Counted from the first letter of the stretch, positions 1 to 7,955 are shown. The stretch is 43,259 nucleotides of DNA from Candidatus Thalassarchaeaceae archaeon (GCA_029942125.1 JAPYUB010000003.1:1-43259), one strand, 5' to 3'. Numbers and translations: made by a program. Notes: generated by a model not told the origin, from the sequence alone.

Positions 1-2
1 TT

Positions 3-554
3 GCAGGACTGTGCCGACTTCGCAGTCAACGCGCCCAATTCATCATGGTCACGCTTCGAAAGGTCAGTTTGCAAATGGCTGATCACCACATCGGCATCAC
101 ACACGCTGGGGATGGCTGCAGCCGCCGAATTACGGACTTTGATCGTGAACAAGCGATTGAACTCGGCGCAGCCGCTGAAGCTGAACTTGAGGCCGCTGAA
201 GCCACCTTGAAGAAGAAGGCCGAATTGACGAAGGATCTCCCTGACCCCTCAAAGATGGAGTCCGTGCCTGAAGAATTGCCTGCACCTGCAAGCCTCGGCG
301 GCTCTCTACTCGACGCACCTACAGAGGAGGCTGAAGCCGAAGAGGCGGATGTTGAAGGCCCCGAGATAATTGAATCAGATGGTCCAGATGTGACAATCAC
401 TTCACTTGCAGATCGTGCAGCCGATGATAAAGAAGACATGGTAGAGAGGAACGAATGGGATCGTGCAGTTGATGCCGCTGAAGCGGAAGAAGAGGCCGAA
501 GTTGAAGAAGAGGCCGAGGAAACCGAAGTTCCTGAAGTTGAGGAACAGGAGTGA
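3..554 (+). CDS. smc: SMC chromosome segregation ATPase, C-terminal end (5' partial, enters from upstream of the window) with long acidic tail
   Basis: Frame 3 is open from nt 3. The translation AGLCRLRSQRAQFIMVTLRKVSLQMADHHIGITHAGDG resembles the conserved last head segment of SMC (..QFIvisLRk....aD.l.GvT..), so the Met at 45 in the ORF track is internal. scpA and scpB follow directly. The remaining ~130 codons are E/A/D-rich. Confidence 0.6.
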   Translation, partial: AGLCRLRSQRAQFIMVTLRKVSLQMADHHIGITHAGDGCSRRITDFDREQAIELGAAAEAELEAAEATLKKKAELTKDLPDPSKMESVPEELPAPASLGGSLLDAPTEEAEAEEADVEGPEIIESDGPDVTITSLADRAADDKEDMVERNEWDRAVDAAEAEEEAEVEEEAEETEVPEVEEQE

Positions 555-1570
555 TTTCGATGTCTCTACTTGAGACCCGACAGATGCAGACCCCCATCGT
601 CAAGCAGTTGCTTGGCGAACAGGATGACGCCAATCTTGACAAGCATAGATACATCGATCGATTGATTGAGATAGCCGATTTAGAGAGTGCTGAGCATCAG
701 AGCCTCATCGATCCATTCGACCGTTCAGTAGCATTGGTATTCCAAATGTTCAATGATGCCAGCCTGGACCCTTGGGATGTTGATTTGTCCGTATTCATCG
801 AACAATTCAATCATCGAACCAAGGACGCTGAAAATGTCGATTTGCCGACCTGCGGTCGTCTCATTCGAATGGCTTGGCAGATTCTCCATGGGCAGGCCTC
901 GACTCTCCTAGAACGTGCAGAACGAGCCGACGAGGAGTGGGAGGATGACCCCTGGGAGTTGGAAGGTTGGCAAACCGAATTTGAGGATGAGGAATACAAT
1001 TTCAGTGTCGGTATCATTACCGGTCAGACCACACATTCTCTCCCCGATCTTCTGGATGGACGCATCAAACGTGAAGAAGGCCGCCCCGTTACATTGGCTG
1101 AATTGCTCATGTCACTGCAAGGTGCCCACCAAGAAGCGGATGAACGCCGAATCCGTGAGGCCAGTCGAATCAAACACGCTGCAGAAGTCTCCGACTGGAT
1201 GTCCAATGTGACCACTCGGATGCACAAGGAAGATTTGGAGGAAGACATCCGCCGTTGTTGGGAGGCTCTTCGTGCATCCAGCCCCGAAGGGGCTCCCGTC
1301 ACCCTTAATCAGGTCTCGAGTAAACTCGCCGAACATTCTGCAACAGAGGGGTGGACTCTGAAGGAGGCGGAGGTCGAAGGCCAAGTTGCTGGTTTCGTAT
1401 CCGCACTATTCCTCACCCATCGTGGTTTTACTGACCTTTGGCAGATGGAGTATCCACATGGTGACATCTTCTTGCAGGACAAATGGCCCAAGATGGACGA
1501 TTTCACTGCCATCAAATCGGAACTCGGTATTGGCTCCAATCAAGACTTCGGAGGTGGAAATGGTGAGTGA
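551..1570 (+). CDS. scpA: Segregation and condensation protein A (kleisin)
   Basis: 339-aa ORF whose GTG start overlaps the smc stop (GTGA). The segment SLIDPFDRSVALVF..ASLDPWDVDLSVFIEQF looks like a ScpA N-terminal motif. It lies between smc and scpB. Confidence 0.8.
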   Translation: MISMSLLETRQMQTPIVKQLLGEQDDANLDKHRYIDRLIEIADLESAEHQSLIDPFDRSVALVFQMFNDASLDPWDVDLSVFIEQFNHRTKDAENVDLPTCGRLIRMAWQILHGQASTLLERAERADEEWEDDPWELEGWQTEFEDEEYNFSVGIITGQTTHSLPDLLDGRIKREEGRPVTLAELLMSLQGAHQEADERRIREASRIKHAAEVSDWMSNVTTRMHKEDLEEDIRRCWEALRASSPEGAPVTLNQVSSKLAEHSATEGWTLKEAEVEGQVAGFVSALFLTHRGFTDLWQMEYPHGDIFLQDKWPKMDDFTAIKSELGIGSNQDFGGGNGE

Positions 1571-2204
1571 AGTCGATCTACGCACTCTTCTTGAAGCCAC
1601 GCTATTCGGTGCAGGACGTTCTCTTTCTGTCGATGAATTGGCTGAATCAATGCAAACGACCCCTAGTGAGGTTGTTACTAATCTTGAATCACTTCAGCAC
1701 ACGATGAAGCGAAGACCAGGTGGGGCCCTACAATTGACAGACGTCAGTGGCCGTTGGGTCATGGAAGTGAAACCCAAGTTGGCCAATCACATTCCATCGT
1801 CATTCAGAACAGAGGTTCCTCAGCGTTTGCTTGCCGCAGCCGCTCTAATCGCTTATCACCAACCCATGGCACAGAGCCAATTGGTGGATATGATTGGTCA
1901 GCGTGCCTATGATCACGTTCGAGATTTGGCTCATCTTGGATTGATTGATAGACGCCGTGACGGACTTTCAAGGCGTTTGACAACCACGCGGCGCTTTGCC
2001 GAGATGTTTGGTTGCCCATATGCTGAATCCAAGAAAGTCCGTAAGTGGTTCAGGGAACATGCATCAAACATGGGTATGGATGGTGCAGAATTGGCCGCAA
2101 GCCTCGGCGACGGTGGCGATGAAATTCAAGATGCACCCGAGGTTCCTGTCAGCGAGGACTGGGATGAATCCAGTGCTGAGATTATCGAAAACGAAGAAGA
2201 GTGA
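1560..2204 (+). CDS. scpB: Segregation and condensation protein B
   Basis: ATG at 1560 (residue 59 of track ORF 1386..2204) gives MVSEVDLRTLLEATLFGAGRSLSVDELAE, a typical ScpB N-terminus. It overlaps the scpA stop by 11 nt. The tail is acidic. Confidence 0.85.
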   Translation: MVSEVDLRTLLEATLFGAGRSLSVDELAESMQTTPSEVVTNLESLQHTMKRRPGGALQLTDVSGRWVMEVKPKLANHIPSSFRTEVPQRLLAAAALIAYHQPMAQSQLVDMIGQRAYDHVRDLAHLGLIDRRRDGLSRRLTTTRRFAEMFGCPYAESKKVRKWFREHASNMGMDGAELAASLGDGGDEIQDAPEVPVSEDWDESSAEIIENEEE

Positions 2205-3500
2205 CTAATCTTCCCTTAGAACCTTTAGTGCACTTTCTATTGCCGTTGCAGTAATCCTCTCTCCGCTTGCCCGAATCATGTCGACCACAGCATCTACTTC
2301 GTGATCTTCGGCACCGGCTGTCACAGCCATGTTTCTAGCATGTAATTTCATGTGGCCTGCTTGAATGCCCACTGTTGCAAGTGCGCGTAAGGCTCCGAGA
2401 TTTTGTGCCAATCCGGCTGCTGCCATCACTTTAGCCAAATCATCAGCTGTCCTGGCACCCATGATGGCAACGTTGGCCTTGGCTACAGGATGAACTCGTA
2501 CTGCACCTCCAACAAGCCCCACAGGCATGGGCAATTCAATCGAACCGACTAGATTCCCTTCATCGTCTTTCTCCCAGTGAGTTAGGGAGCCATACGTCCG
2601 CTCATACGATGCATAGGAATGTGCTCCCGATTCGATTGCACGCCAATCTTGTCCACAGGCGACGCCAATAGGAGAGATTGCATTCATGATGCCTTTGTTG
2701 TGTGTCGTCGCTCGGAAAGGGTCTGCAGCCGCGAAATGGTACGCTTGTAAGATGCCTTCAATGACTTCAGCACCTTGTGCAGCATCTCCAGCATCCGAAA
2801 TCTCTTCTTGTGTGAATGTTGCACTGACTCTAGCCAGGCGATGGATAGCCAGATTGCTGATGATTCTGAGTATTACTGTGCCGCCAGTGATAGATTCAAT
2901 GCGAGGAGCAATGGTTTCGGCCATGGTATTGACTGCATTAGCCCCCATGGCATCGCGACAATCCACGAGGATGTGTACAATGACCATTGGCCCGGATTCT
3001 GTATCGAGGACTCTAGCCTCAATATCTCGGCAACCCCCTCCAAACTTGACCAAGATAGGGTCAACTTCGTTACAGGCCGCTATCAGGCTTTCATGGGCTT
3101 CTAAAACAGCACTTTTTGCCGCAAACGCATCTTCGCAGCCTACGACTTGAATTTGTCCAATCATAATCGGATCAGTATTGTTGGAGGTAAATCCTCCTTT
3201 TGCATGACATCGTTTAGCCATGTTGCTGGCAGCTGCTACAACTGAGGGTTCCTCTAGTGCAAAGGGAACGATGTAATGTTCGCCATCAATGATGAAATTC
3301 GTCGCAACCCCCACTGGAAGCGCCAGTGTTCCGATGACATTCTCGATGATACGATCGGCTGCTGCTTCCGAAAGTTCCCCCATTGCAGCTAATGCATCAA
3401 TCGCATCCTGATCGAGATTTGCCAGTTCGGCAACCTTCTCTCGACGTTCTTTGACACTCAGTTTGTAGAATCCCTTCAGGCGGCTGTTTTCAACAGGCAT
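2205..3500 (-). CDS. hmgA: HMG-CoA reductase, class II (Pseudomonas mevalonii type)
   Basis: Full-length similarity by eye to class II HMGR: IENVIGTLALPVGVATNF, EEPSVVAAASNMAK, GGGCRDIE, DAMGANAVNTMAE, THNKGIMN, GLAQNLGALRALATVGIQAGHMKLHARN. The track start at 3506 is TTG; the ATG at 3500 is preferred. Confidence 0.92.
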   Translation of the reverse strand: MPVENSRLKGFYKLSVKERREKVAELANLDQDAIDALAAMGELSEAAADRIIENVIGTLALPVGVATNFIIDGEHYIVPFALEEPSVVAAASNMAKRCHAKGGFTSNNTDPIMIGQIQVVGCEDAFAAKSAVLEAHESLIAACNEVDPILVKFGGGCRDIEARVLDTESGPMVIVHILVDCRDAMGANAVNTMAETIAPRIESITGGTVILRIISNLAIHRLARVSATFTQEEISDAGDAAQGAEVIEGILQAYHFAAADPFRATTHNKGIMNAISPIGVACGQDWRAIESGAHSYASYERTYGSLTHWEKDDEGNLVGSIELPMPVGLVGGAVRVHPVAKANVAIMGARTADDLAKVMAAAGLAQNLGALRALATVGIQAGHMKLHARNMAVTAGAEDHEVDAVVDMIRASGERITATAIESALKVLRED

Positions 3501-3590
3501 ACACAATCCTCGTTATACTCCTTCAGAAGGCCCTCCTAAAGGATTCCGAATCATGCCGTTCCAAACCTATAGATTGACTCAAAATATGAG

Positions 3591-3606
3591 ATGTACGATT
3601 GTACAT
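3591..3606. promoter_or_regulatory. Palindrome ATGTAC-GATT-GTACAT (core TGTAC-N4-GTACA)
   Basis: Perfect 6+4+6 inverted repeat in the hmgA / 3810-gene divergent intergenic region. A near-identical copy, TGTACGAATGTACA, lies at 27810..27823. Confidence 0.4.
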
Positions 3607-3609
3607 GAA

Positions 3610-3670
3610 GCGTTAGCAAAGCGTTACTAACGCATTATACGCGTTAACAATGCGTTAACAATGCGTTAAT
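3610..3670. repeat. Array of GCGTTA(AC) boxes, likely DNA-binding-protein sites
   Basis: GCGTTA starts at 3610, 3621, 3641, 3652 and 3663. The last three are perfect AATGCGTTAA units spaced 11 bp apart. An inverted TAACGC at 3628..3633 forms GCGTTA-C-TAACGC. A further GCGTTAAC lies at 3770..3777. Confidence 0.55.
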
Positions 3671-3809
3671 TGGATATTTATAGGCGGTAAAAATGAACGT
3701 TTTTAGAATAAAATACGCCACGGTACCATCTTCAACGCTTCCAAACCGGATTCTACATCTGTTAGAATTGCGTTAACTTGTTAAACCCAAGTAAAGTTCG
3801 CTGCTGTAG

Positions 3810-5495
3810 ATGTCGAAAACTGCTACGAAGGCTTTGCACCTCCCTCATATGCGTGCGAACCCCTTCTCACCCCGTCCAATCGAAGCCAACGATTACTCCT
3901 TACTCATCGGCCGCGGTGCATTGATGTCCGATTTGCGCCAACATCTGCGCTTTGGCAGCCCACGTCTGATGATTCTCCAGGGGGAGCGAGGATCGGGTCG
4001 AACTTCTATTCTACAGGTTCTGAGCAATCTATCTCCTACCCCACTCCCATTCTCATATTATCCTGAAGAAAATCCAGGAAACACTCTCTTGAGTGAGATG
4101 TATTGCAGAATTGCAGGATATGATGCCCCGCCAACAACGAACACACTGGTTGAGGAGATGGTGGCCAAACTTGAGGGTAAAAGTGATGATCTCCCCCTCA
4201 TTACTTTCGATTTCCCCGGTGTTGGAGGGGCTGATTTGGCTCAGGTGTTTGAGCGACTGACCCCTGTTCTTCGTAGGTTACGTGCATTGGTTATCGTTGC
4301 ACTGACTCCCGCACAATTGGCTGCTTGGTCCGATGATTTACAGGACGTATATGACATCACAGAGCCTTTGCCGGACTTCGATTCCACTGAAATAAAATCT
4401 CTAATCGACACCCGAATCAGCAAAGTAAGCAACCAAGGCTGGTCTGCCCCTCACTATCTCATCGATGAAGCCCTATCACACACTGGTGGAAGGCCTACAA
4501 CCTTGGTTCGACATCTTCGAGATTTGATTGATTCAGAACGGGGGGCGTCGACAGCCTTCACACGTAAACAGGATATGCTTCAATCGATGGATTTGGAGCC
4601 CAATGATGCAAGAATCCGGATGCCTCCCGAAGCTCAGCCTCTTGAATCGCTGGATGATGAGATTGAACCTGTATTCGAATTGGAGACAGAAACGGAATTG
4701 GAACCAGAACCAGAACCAGAACCTGAACCTGAGATTGAATTTCATTGGGATATTCCAGAAATGGAGCCCGAATCCGAACCGGAGTTTCCAGAGGACCCTC
4801 CTGAAGAGATGCATGAAGAGATTGAGGAACCAGAATCTGATTTCGAGTTACCATCTTTGGATGTGAATGATACTGATGAACCAGACATGTCGCAAGCATT
4901 TGGTGGTGGTTCCGTACTGCAGATGGAGCCTGGAACTGAGCCCCCAGCCTCGACGCATGCTTTTGGTGGCCTCACCGAACGTCACCGTTCTGCCAGTGTT
5001 GAGATTGGCTTAGATAATGCCCTGAGGCCACAAGCCACGGGTCCGATGGCGGCAAAACCGGACAAAACGATGCATTTCCCAACAGAGGAGCCTGAGATTG
5101 AATCTGAAGAGACGACCTATTGGGTTGCGGATTCTCTACCTGAGCCGGAACCGGCTCCGGTCATGGATCCAATTGCGGCCAAATCAATTGGTGACAGCCT
5201 CCGTCAGGATAGACCTAGGCCAGCGACCTCCAGCTTCGCATTGGATTTTGAAAAGGTGTCTTCTCTAAGTGACGCCGAGATTTCCATTGTCGAAGCCTCA
5301 ATCGCTCGAGAGATATCTCCTTCTGATACTGCATTGCAAGCCTATCTTGCGGTTGGCCGACCCCGCTTATCTCAGATTTTCAATGCCCTGCACAAGGCTG
5401 GAGTCCTTTCTGTGCGGAAAAAGGGAAGAACCCGACTGTTCCGGATATCTGATCAAGCCAAGGCGCATTTCTCAGATGGCCATATGGAGGCCTGA
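3810..5495 (+). CDS. Archaeal-ATPase/ORC-like P-loop domain (degenerate Walker motifs) + acidic PE-rich linker + C-terminal winged-helix DNA-binding domain
   Basis: N-terminus NPFSPRPIEANDYSLLIGRGALMSDL..LMILQGERGSGRTSIL resembles the Arch_ATPase/AAA pattern. The C-terminus LSQIFNALHKAGVLSVRKKGRTRLFRISDQ looks like a wHTH. About 200 aa of E/P/D low complexity lie between them. Confidence 0.6.
   Translation: MSKTATKALHLPHMRANPFSPRPIEANDYSLLIGRGALMSDLRQHLRFGSPRLMILQGERGSGRTSILQVLSNLSPTPLPFSYYPEENPGNTLLSEMYCRIAGYDAPPTTNTLVEEMVAKLEGKSDDLPLITFDFPGVGGADLAQVFERLTPVLRRLRALVIVALTPAQLAAWSDDLQDVYDITEPLPDFDSTEIKSLIDTRISKVSNQGWSAPHYLIDEALSHTGGRPTTLVRHLRDLIDSERGASTAFTRKQDMLQSMDLEPNDARIRMPPEAQPLESLDDEIEPVFELETETELEPEPEPEPEPEIEFHWDIPEMEPESEPEFPEDPPEEMHEEIEEPESDFELPSLDVNDTDEPDMSQAFGGGSVLQMEPGTEPPASTHAFGGLTERHRSASVEIGLDNALRPQATGPMAAKPDKTMHFPTEEPEIESEETTYWVADSLPEPEPAPVMDPIAAKSIGDSLRQDRPRPATSSFALDFEKVSSLSDAEISIVEASIAREISPSDTALQAYLAVGRPRLSQIFNALHKAGVLSVRKKGRTRLFRISDQAKAHFSDGHMEA
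4701..4730 (+). repeat. Hexanucleotide tandem repeat (GAACCA)x3(GAACCT)x2 encoding (EP)5
   Basis: Read directly from the sequence; in frame within the 3810..5495 CDS. Confidence 0.9.
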
Positions 5496-5497
5496 AC

Positions 5498-6535
5498 ATG
5501 ACGGATGATCGTTGGGAAATTGCTTGGAGTCACCAAGTTGAGGGTCGCGTGGGGGCGTTGTCATGTTTAGGTGAAGACTCCCTCATTGCGGCAGGGAGTG
5601 TCGTTCGACGATTGAATGCAGATGGGGATTTCGTCTGGCGCCGTGAATTCTCCTTCGATGTATACCGACTGGAACATGACGGCACAAACGTCGCTGTTCT
5701 CTCGGGCACCGCTTTCTTCCTGTTGGATTTGTCCACGGGAGAGCTCATTGGCGAAGGTCGTGCCGTCGCCGGTGGATTCCGCGACGTGGTTCGCCGTCCC
5801 GGTGGCGGCTGGCTATTGTCAGATAGAGGTGACCACATTCATTTGTTCAATCGTCGCGGCCGGGGCATTCGTCGCCTTCGTCCTGGTTCTCTGCAGAAGA
5901 TGATTGGCTGGCTTGACCGGGAGATATTGCTTGCTCAAGATGACGACGGTTGTTTGCGGGCGTTGAGGCTGGGCGGTGACGATGCTCAACGCCGCATCGA
6001 AACCACACGATGGTCTTGGGTGTCTCGATTACACAGCGGACGCGTTTTGGTTCAACATGTTGATGGCAGTTTGCAAGAAGGTGTACCGAATCCCTTTGGT
6101 TGGGATAGAATTGATCGTATTCCCGGGGATGGATTGGTTCCATTGGATGCCGCTTGGACTGGTGAAGGCTGGTGGGCCCTTGACGTCGCGGGAGATTTAA
6201 TCAGGTTGCCTCCAGAAGACGATTTTGAACGTCGTCCTGCCGGTGATCTACTAGCTTCAAACCTTGGTGATCGAATGTTGACCGCGACCAGAGATGGTCT
6301 TGTTCGCATGTGGATTGGCCCACACTTGGTCAGTCGCCGGAGACTTCTCTTTGAGGAAATTGCATCGGGAGAAATCCGGCGCCTCGATTGGGAGCAACGC
6401 CAAGTCATCTTTGAGGCCGCCCGTGATGCTGAGGATTCAGGGATGCTCAGCCGTGCGATTGAACTCTACGAATCACTTGGTCGAGCAGAAGATATCCACA
6501 GATTGATTTCTAAACGGGAGGGTGCAGATGTCTGA
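5498..6535 (+). CDS. Hypothetical protein with beta-propeller-like repeats and a helical C-terminal tail
   Basis: 345-aa ORF starting 3 nt after the upstream stop. It has repeated D-G/W-containing strand-like segments (NADGDFVWRREF, DDGCLRAL, DGSLQEG, TRDGLVRMW). No family was recognised with certainty. Confidence 0.45.
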   Translation: MTDDRWEIAWSHQVEGRVGALSCLGEDSLIAAGSVVRRLNADGDFVWRREFSFDVYRLEHDGTNVAVLSGTAFFLLDLSTGELIGEGRAVAGGFRDVVRRPGGGWLLSDRGDHIHLFNRRGRGIRRLRPGSLQKMIGWLDREILLAQDDDGCLRALRLGGDDAQRRIETTRWSWVSRLHSGRVLVQHVDGSLQEGVPNPFGWDRIDRIPGDGLVPLDAAWTGEGWWALDVAGDLIRLPPEDDFERRPAGDLLASNLGDRMLTATRDGLVRMWIGPHLVSRRRLLFEEIASGEIRRLDWEQRQVIFEAARDAEDSGMLSRAIELYESLGRAEDIHRLISKREGADV

Positions 6536-6827
6536 ACAACATGTCGAAGTTACCCCCCAGTTAATCGAACGGTATTTTTCTCTCACTACCTCCGCACGAG
6601 AGAAAGCCACGCCCTTACATGAACCAGAAAGTGCTGAAGGAGTGCGTTTGTCTACGATGATGGAAATGGCCGATTCCTACACTTCAGATGCAAAATGGTT
6701 TGCCGATCAAGGAGATTTGGTTCGTGCCTTCGGGGCCATCAACTACGCTCACGCATGGATTGATTGCGCGGTTAAAATCGGTTTGTTGGATGGTCATGAC
6801 GATGATAATCTGTTCACACTTCCATGA
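6528..6827 (+). CDS. DUF357-family protein
   Basis: SYTSDAKWFADQGDLVRAFGAINYAHAWIDCAVKIGLLD resembles the archaeal DUF357 core (..A..f...GD...A....sYAhGwlDa....Gl.d). GGAGG lies 6 nt upstream of the ATG at 6528. The track start at 6522 is GTG. Confidence 0.55.
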   Translation: MSEQHVEVTPQLIERYFSLTTSAREKATPLHEPESAEGVRLSTMMEMADSYTSDAKWFADQGDLVRAFGAINYAHAWIDCAVKIGLLDGHDDDNLFTLP

Positions 6828-6885
6828 ATTATGAAATGCATTCCAACGCCAGTTTGAAAAAGGGTGGTCGTTGCCCCGCCCGAAT

Positions 6886-7122
6886 ATGAGTGCCAATAAT
6901 GGTCAAGGCCGAAGCGAGGAAGAGTTACGCGATATGCTGCTTGAAGCTGAAGGGCGCAAGCGATTGTGGGAGGGGCATTTCAAGAGTGCCAAGATGGGCC
7001 GAAAAGCCAATGCCGAGGCGATTCGGAATATCACAGCTCTTCGAGGCGTCATCAAAACGCTGCGATGGGCATTGAACATGACCGACAAGAATGGAATACC
7101 CATCACTCATCCACTTGACTAA
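6886..7122 (+). CDS. Small hypothetical protein (charged, helical)
   Basis: ATG at 6886 inside track ORF 6871..7122 (TTG start). No motif recognised; last gene of the co-directional run 3810..7122. Confidence 0.3.
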   Translation: MSANNGQGRSEEELRDMLLEAEGRKRLWEGHFKSAKMGRKANAEAIRNITALRGVIKTLRWALNMTDKNGIPITHPLD

Positions 7123-7139
7123 GATTTTGACGCGCGCAA

Positions 7140-7562
7140 TCAATCCGAATCAGAACCCCGATTCCTAAAGTGGTCCCACAGGACAAAGGGCGTGCTCCAG
7201 ATGACTCCACCAATCCCGCCTAATAATACGATTGTTGCCAACGTCGTGATGTCTGAATTAGAGGCGCCGAATGAGATTCCCAAAACGGGAATGAAGAAAG
7301 TAAGGAAAGACACTGGAATGAGAAGTTTCAGATTAGACTCACAGCAATTCAATTTTTTAGAACCATATTTCACTGAGAAGGCAGATACAAGTGGAATGCC
7401 GATTACTGTCATCAATGCCCCCGACCAATGATACATTACAGTGATTTTATCTCCATCTGAAGTACTACCAAGTGGAATATTAGTGATAACCACCATTAAC
7501 AATCCAACAAATGCACCAGTCACTATTCCGAATAGAAACATTTCTTTTTTCACAAATCTCAC
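7140..7562 (-). CDS. Hypothetical membrane protein (about 4 TM segments)
   Basis: Hydrophobic stretches FLFGIVTGAFVGLLMVVI, ALMTVIGIPLVSAF, LLIPVSFLTFFIPVLGISF, LATIVLLGGIGGVIW. Visibly more AT-rich than its neighbours. The track start is GTG at 7562; an alternative ATG lies at 7541. Confidence 0.5.
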   Translation of the reverse strand: MRFVKKEMFLFGIVTGAFVGLLMVVITNIPLGSTSDGDKITVMYHWSGALMTVIGIPLVSAFSVKYGSKKLNCCESNLKLLIPVSFLTFFIPVLGISFGASNSDITTLATIVLLGGIGGVIWSTPFVLWDHFRNRGSDSD

Positions 7563-7955
7563 CTATTCGATTAGACGCAGGGTATTGGATCCATGGACCT
7601 CGATAACAGATGCGTTCGCTCCATGCAGCCTGGCCTTGAGAGCCCTGTCCACGGTCAGTACAGGCCAACCATTCGTAGTGGCCAGATTGAGCAGTTCATC
7701 ATCGGTATGTTCCCCTTCTCCAGCAACAACCTCGGCTCTTCCGTGTAAAAGTTCGAGAAGAAGAGATTTTGATTCACGTTCAGCCAATCGATTCAATTCA
7801 CTAAGTACCAAATCAGTGATTTTGATTTCAACAGGGCCAATCTGGGGCTCGAGTTCCAAGTCAATGTTGATTCTAGCATCGACAACGGCCACCCAACCGC
7901 AAGCATCGACGAGTACGCCCGTCACGGCCTCACCCCGCAATGACACCGTGTCCAA
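7563..7955 (-). CDS. PIN-domain protein
   Basis: Acidic PIN residues in the expected order: VLVDACGW.., ..LSELNRL.., HTDDELL, LTVDRAL. It lies immediately downstream of aIF2-gamma. The track start is TTG at 7955, overlapping eif2g; a GTG at 7925 would avoid the overlap. Confidence 0.6.
   Translation of the reverse strand: MDTVSLRGEAVTGVLVDACGWVAVVDARINIDLELEPQIGPVEIKITDLVLSELNRLAERESKSLLLELLHGRAEVVAGEGEHTDDELLNLATTNGWPVLTVDRALKARLHGANASVIEVHGSNTLRLIE

Noticed and set aside
83-654. Antisense and alternative-frame ORFs over the SMC acidic tail (83..439, 130..318, 397..654)
   Set aside because: They are low-complexity shadows of the GAA/GCC-rich acidic coding frame, with Ser/Ala/Pro-rich translations and no motifs.
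1386-1559. N-terminal 58 codons of the track ORF 1386..2204
   Set aside because: This part lies entirely inside scpA in another frame. The ATG at 1560 yields the canonical ScpB N-terminus.
3610-3670. Possible CRISPR array, given the short direct repeats
   Set aside because: The repeat unit is only about 11 bp, with no unique spacers between copies, and there are only a handful of units. This fits binding-site iterons, not CRISPR.
4528-4975. Four overlapping ORFs in the PE-repeat region (both strands)
   Set aside because: They are artefacts of the hexanucleotide and acidic repeats inside the 3810..5495 CDS.
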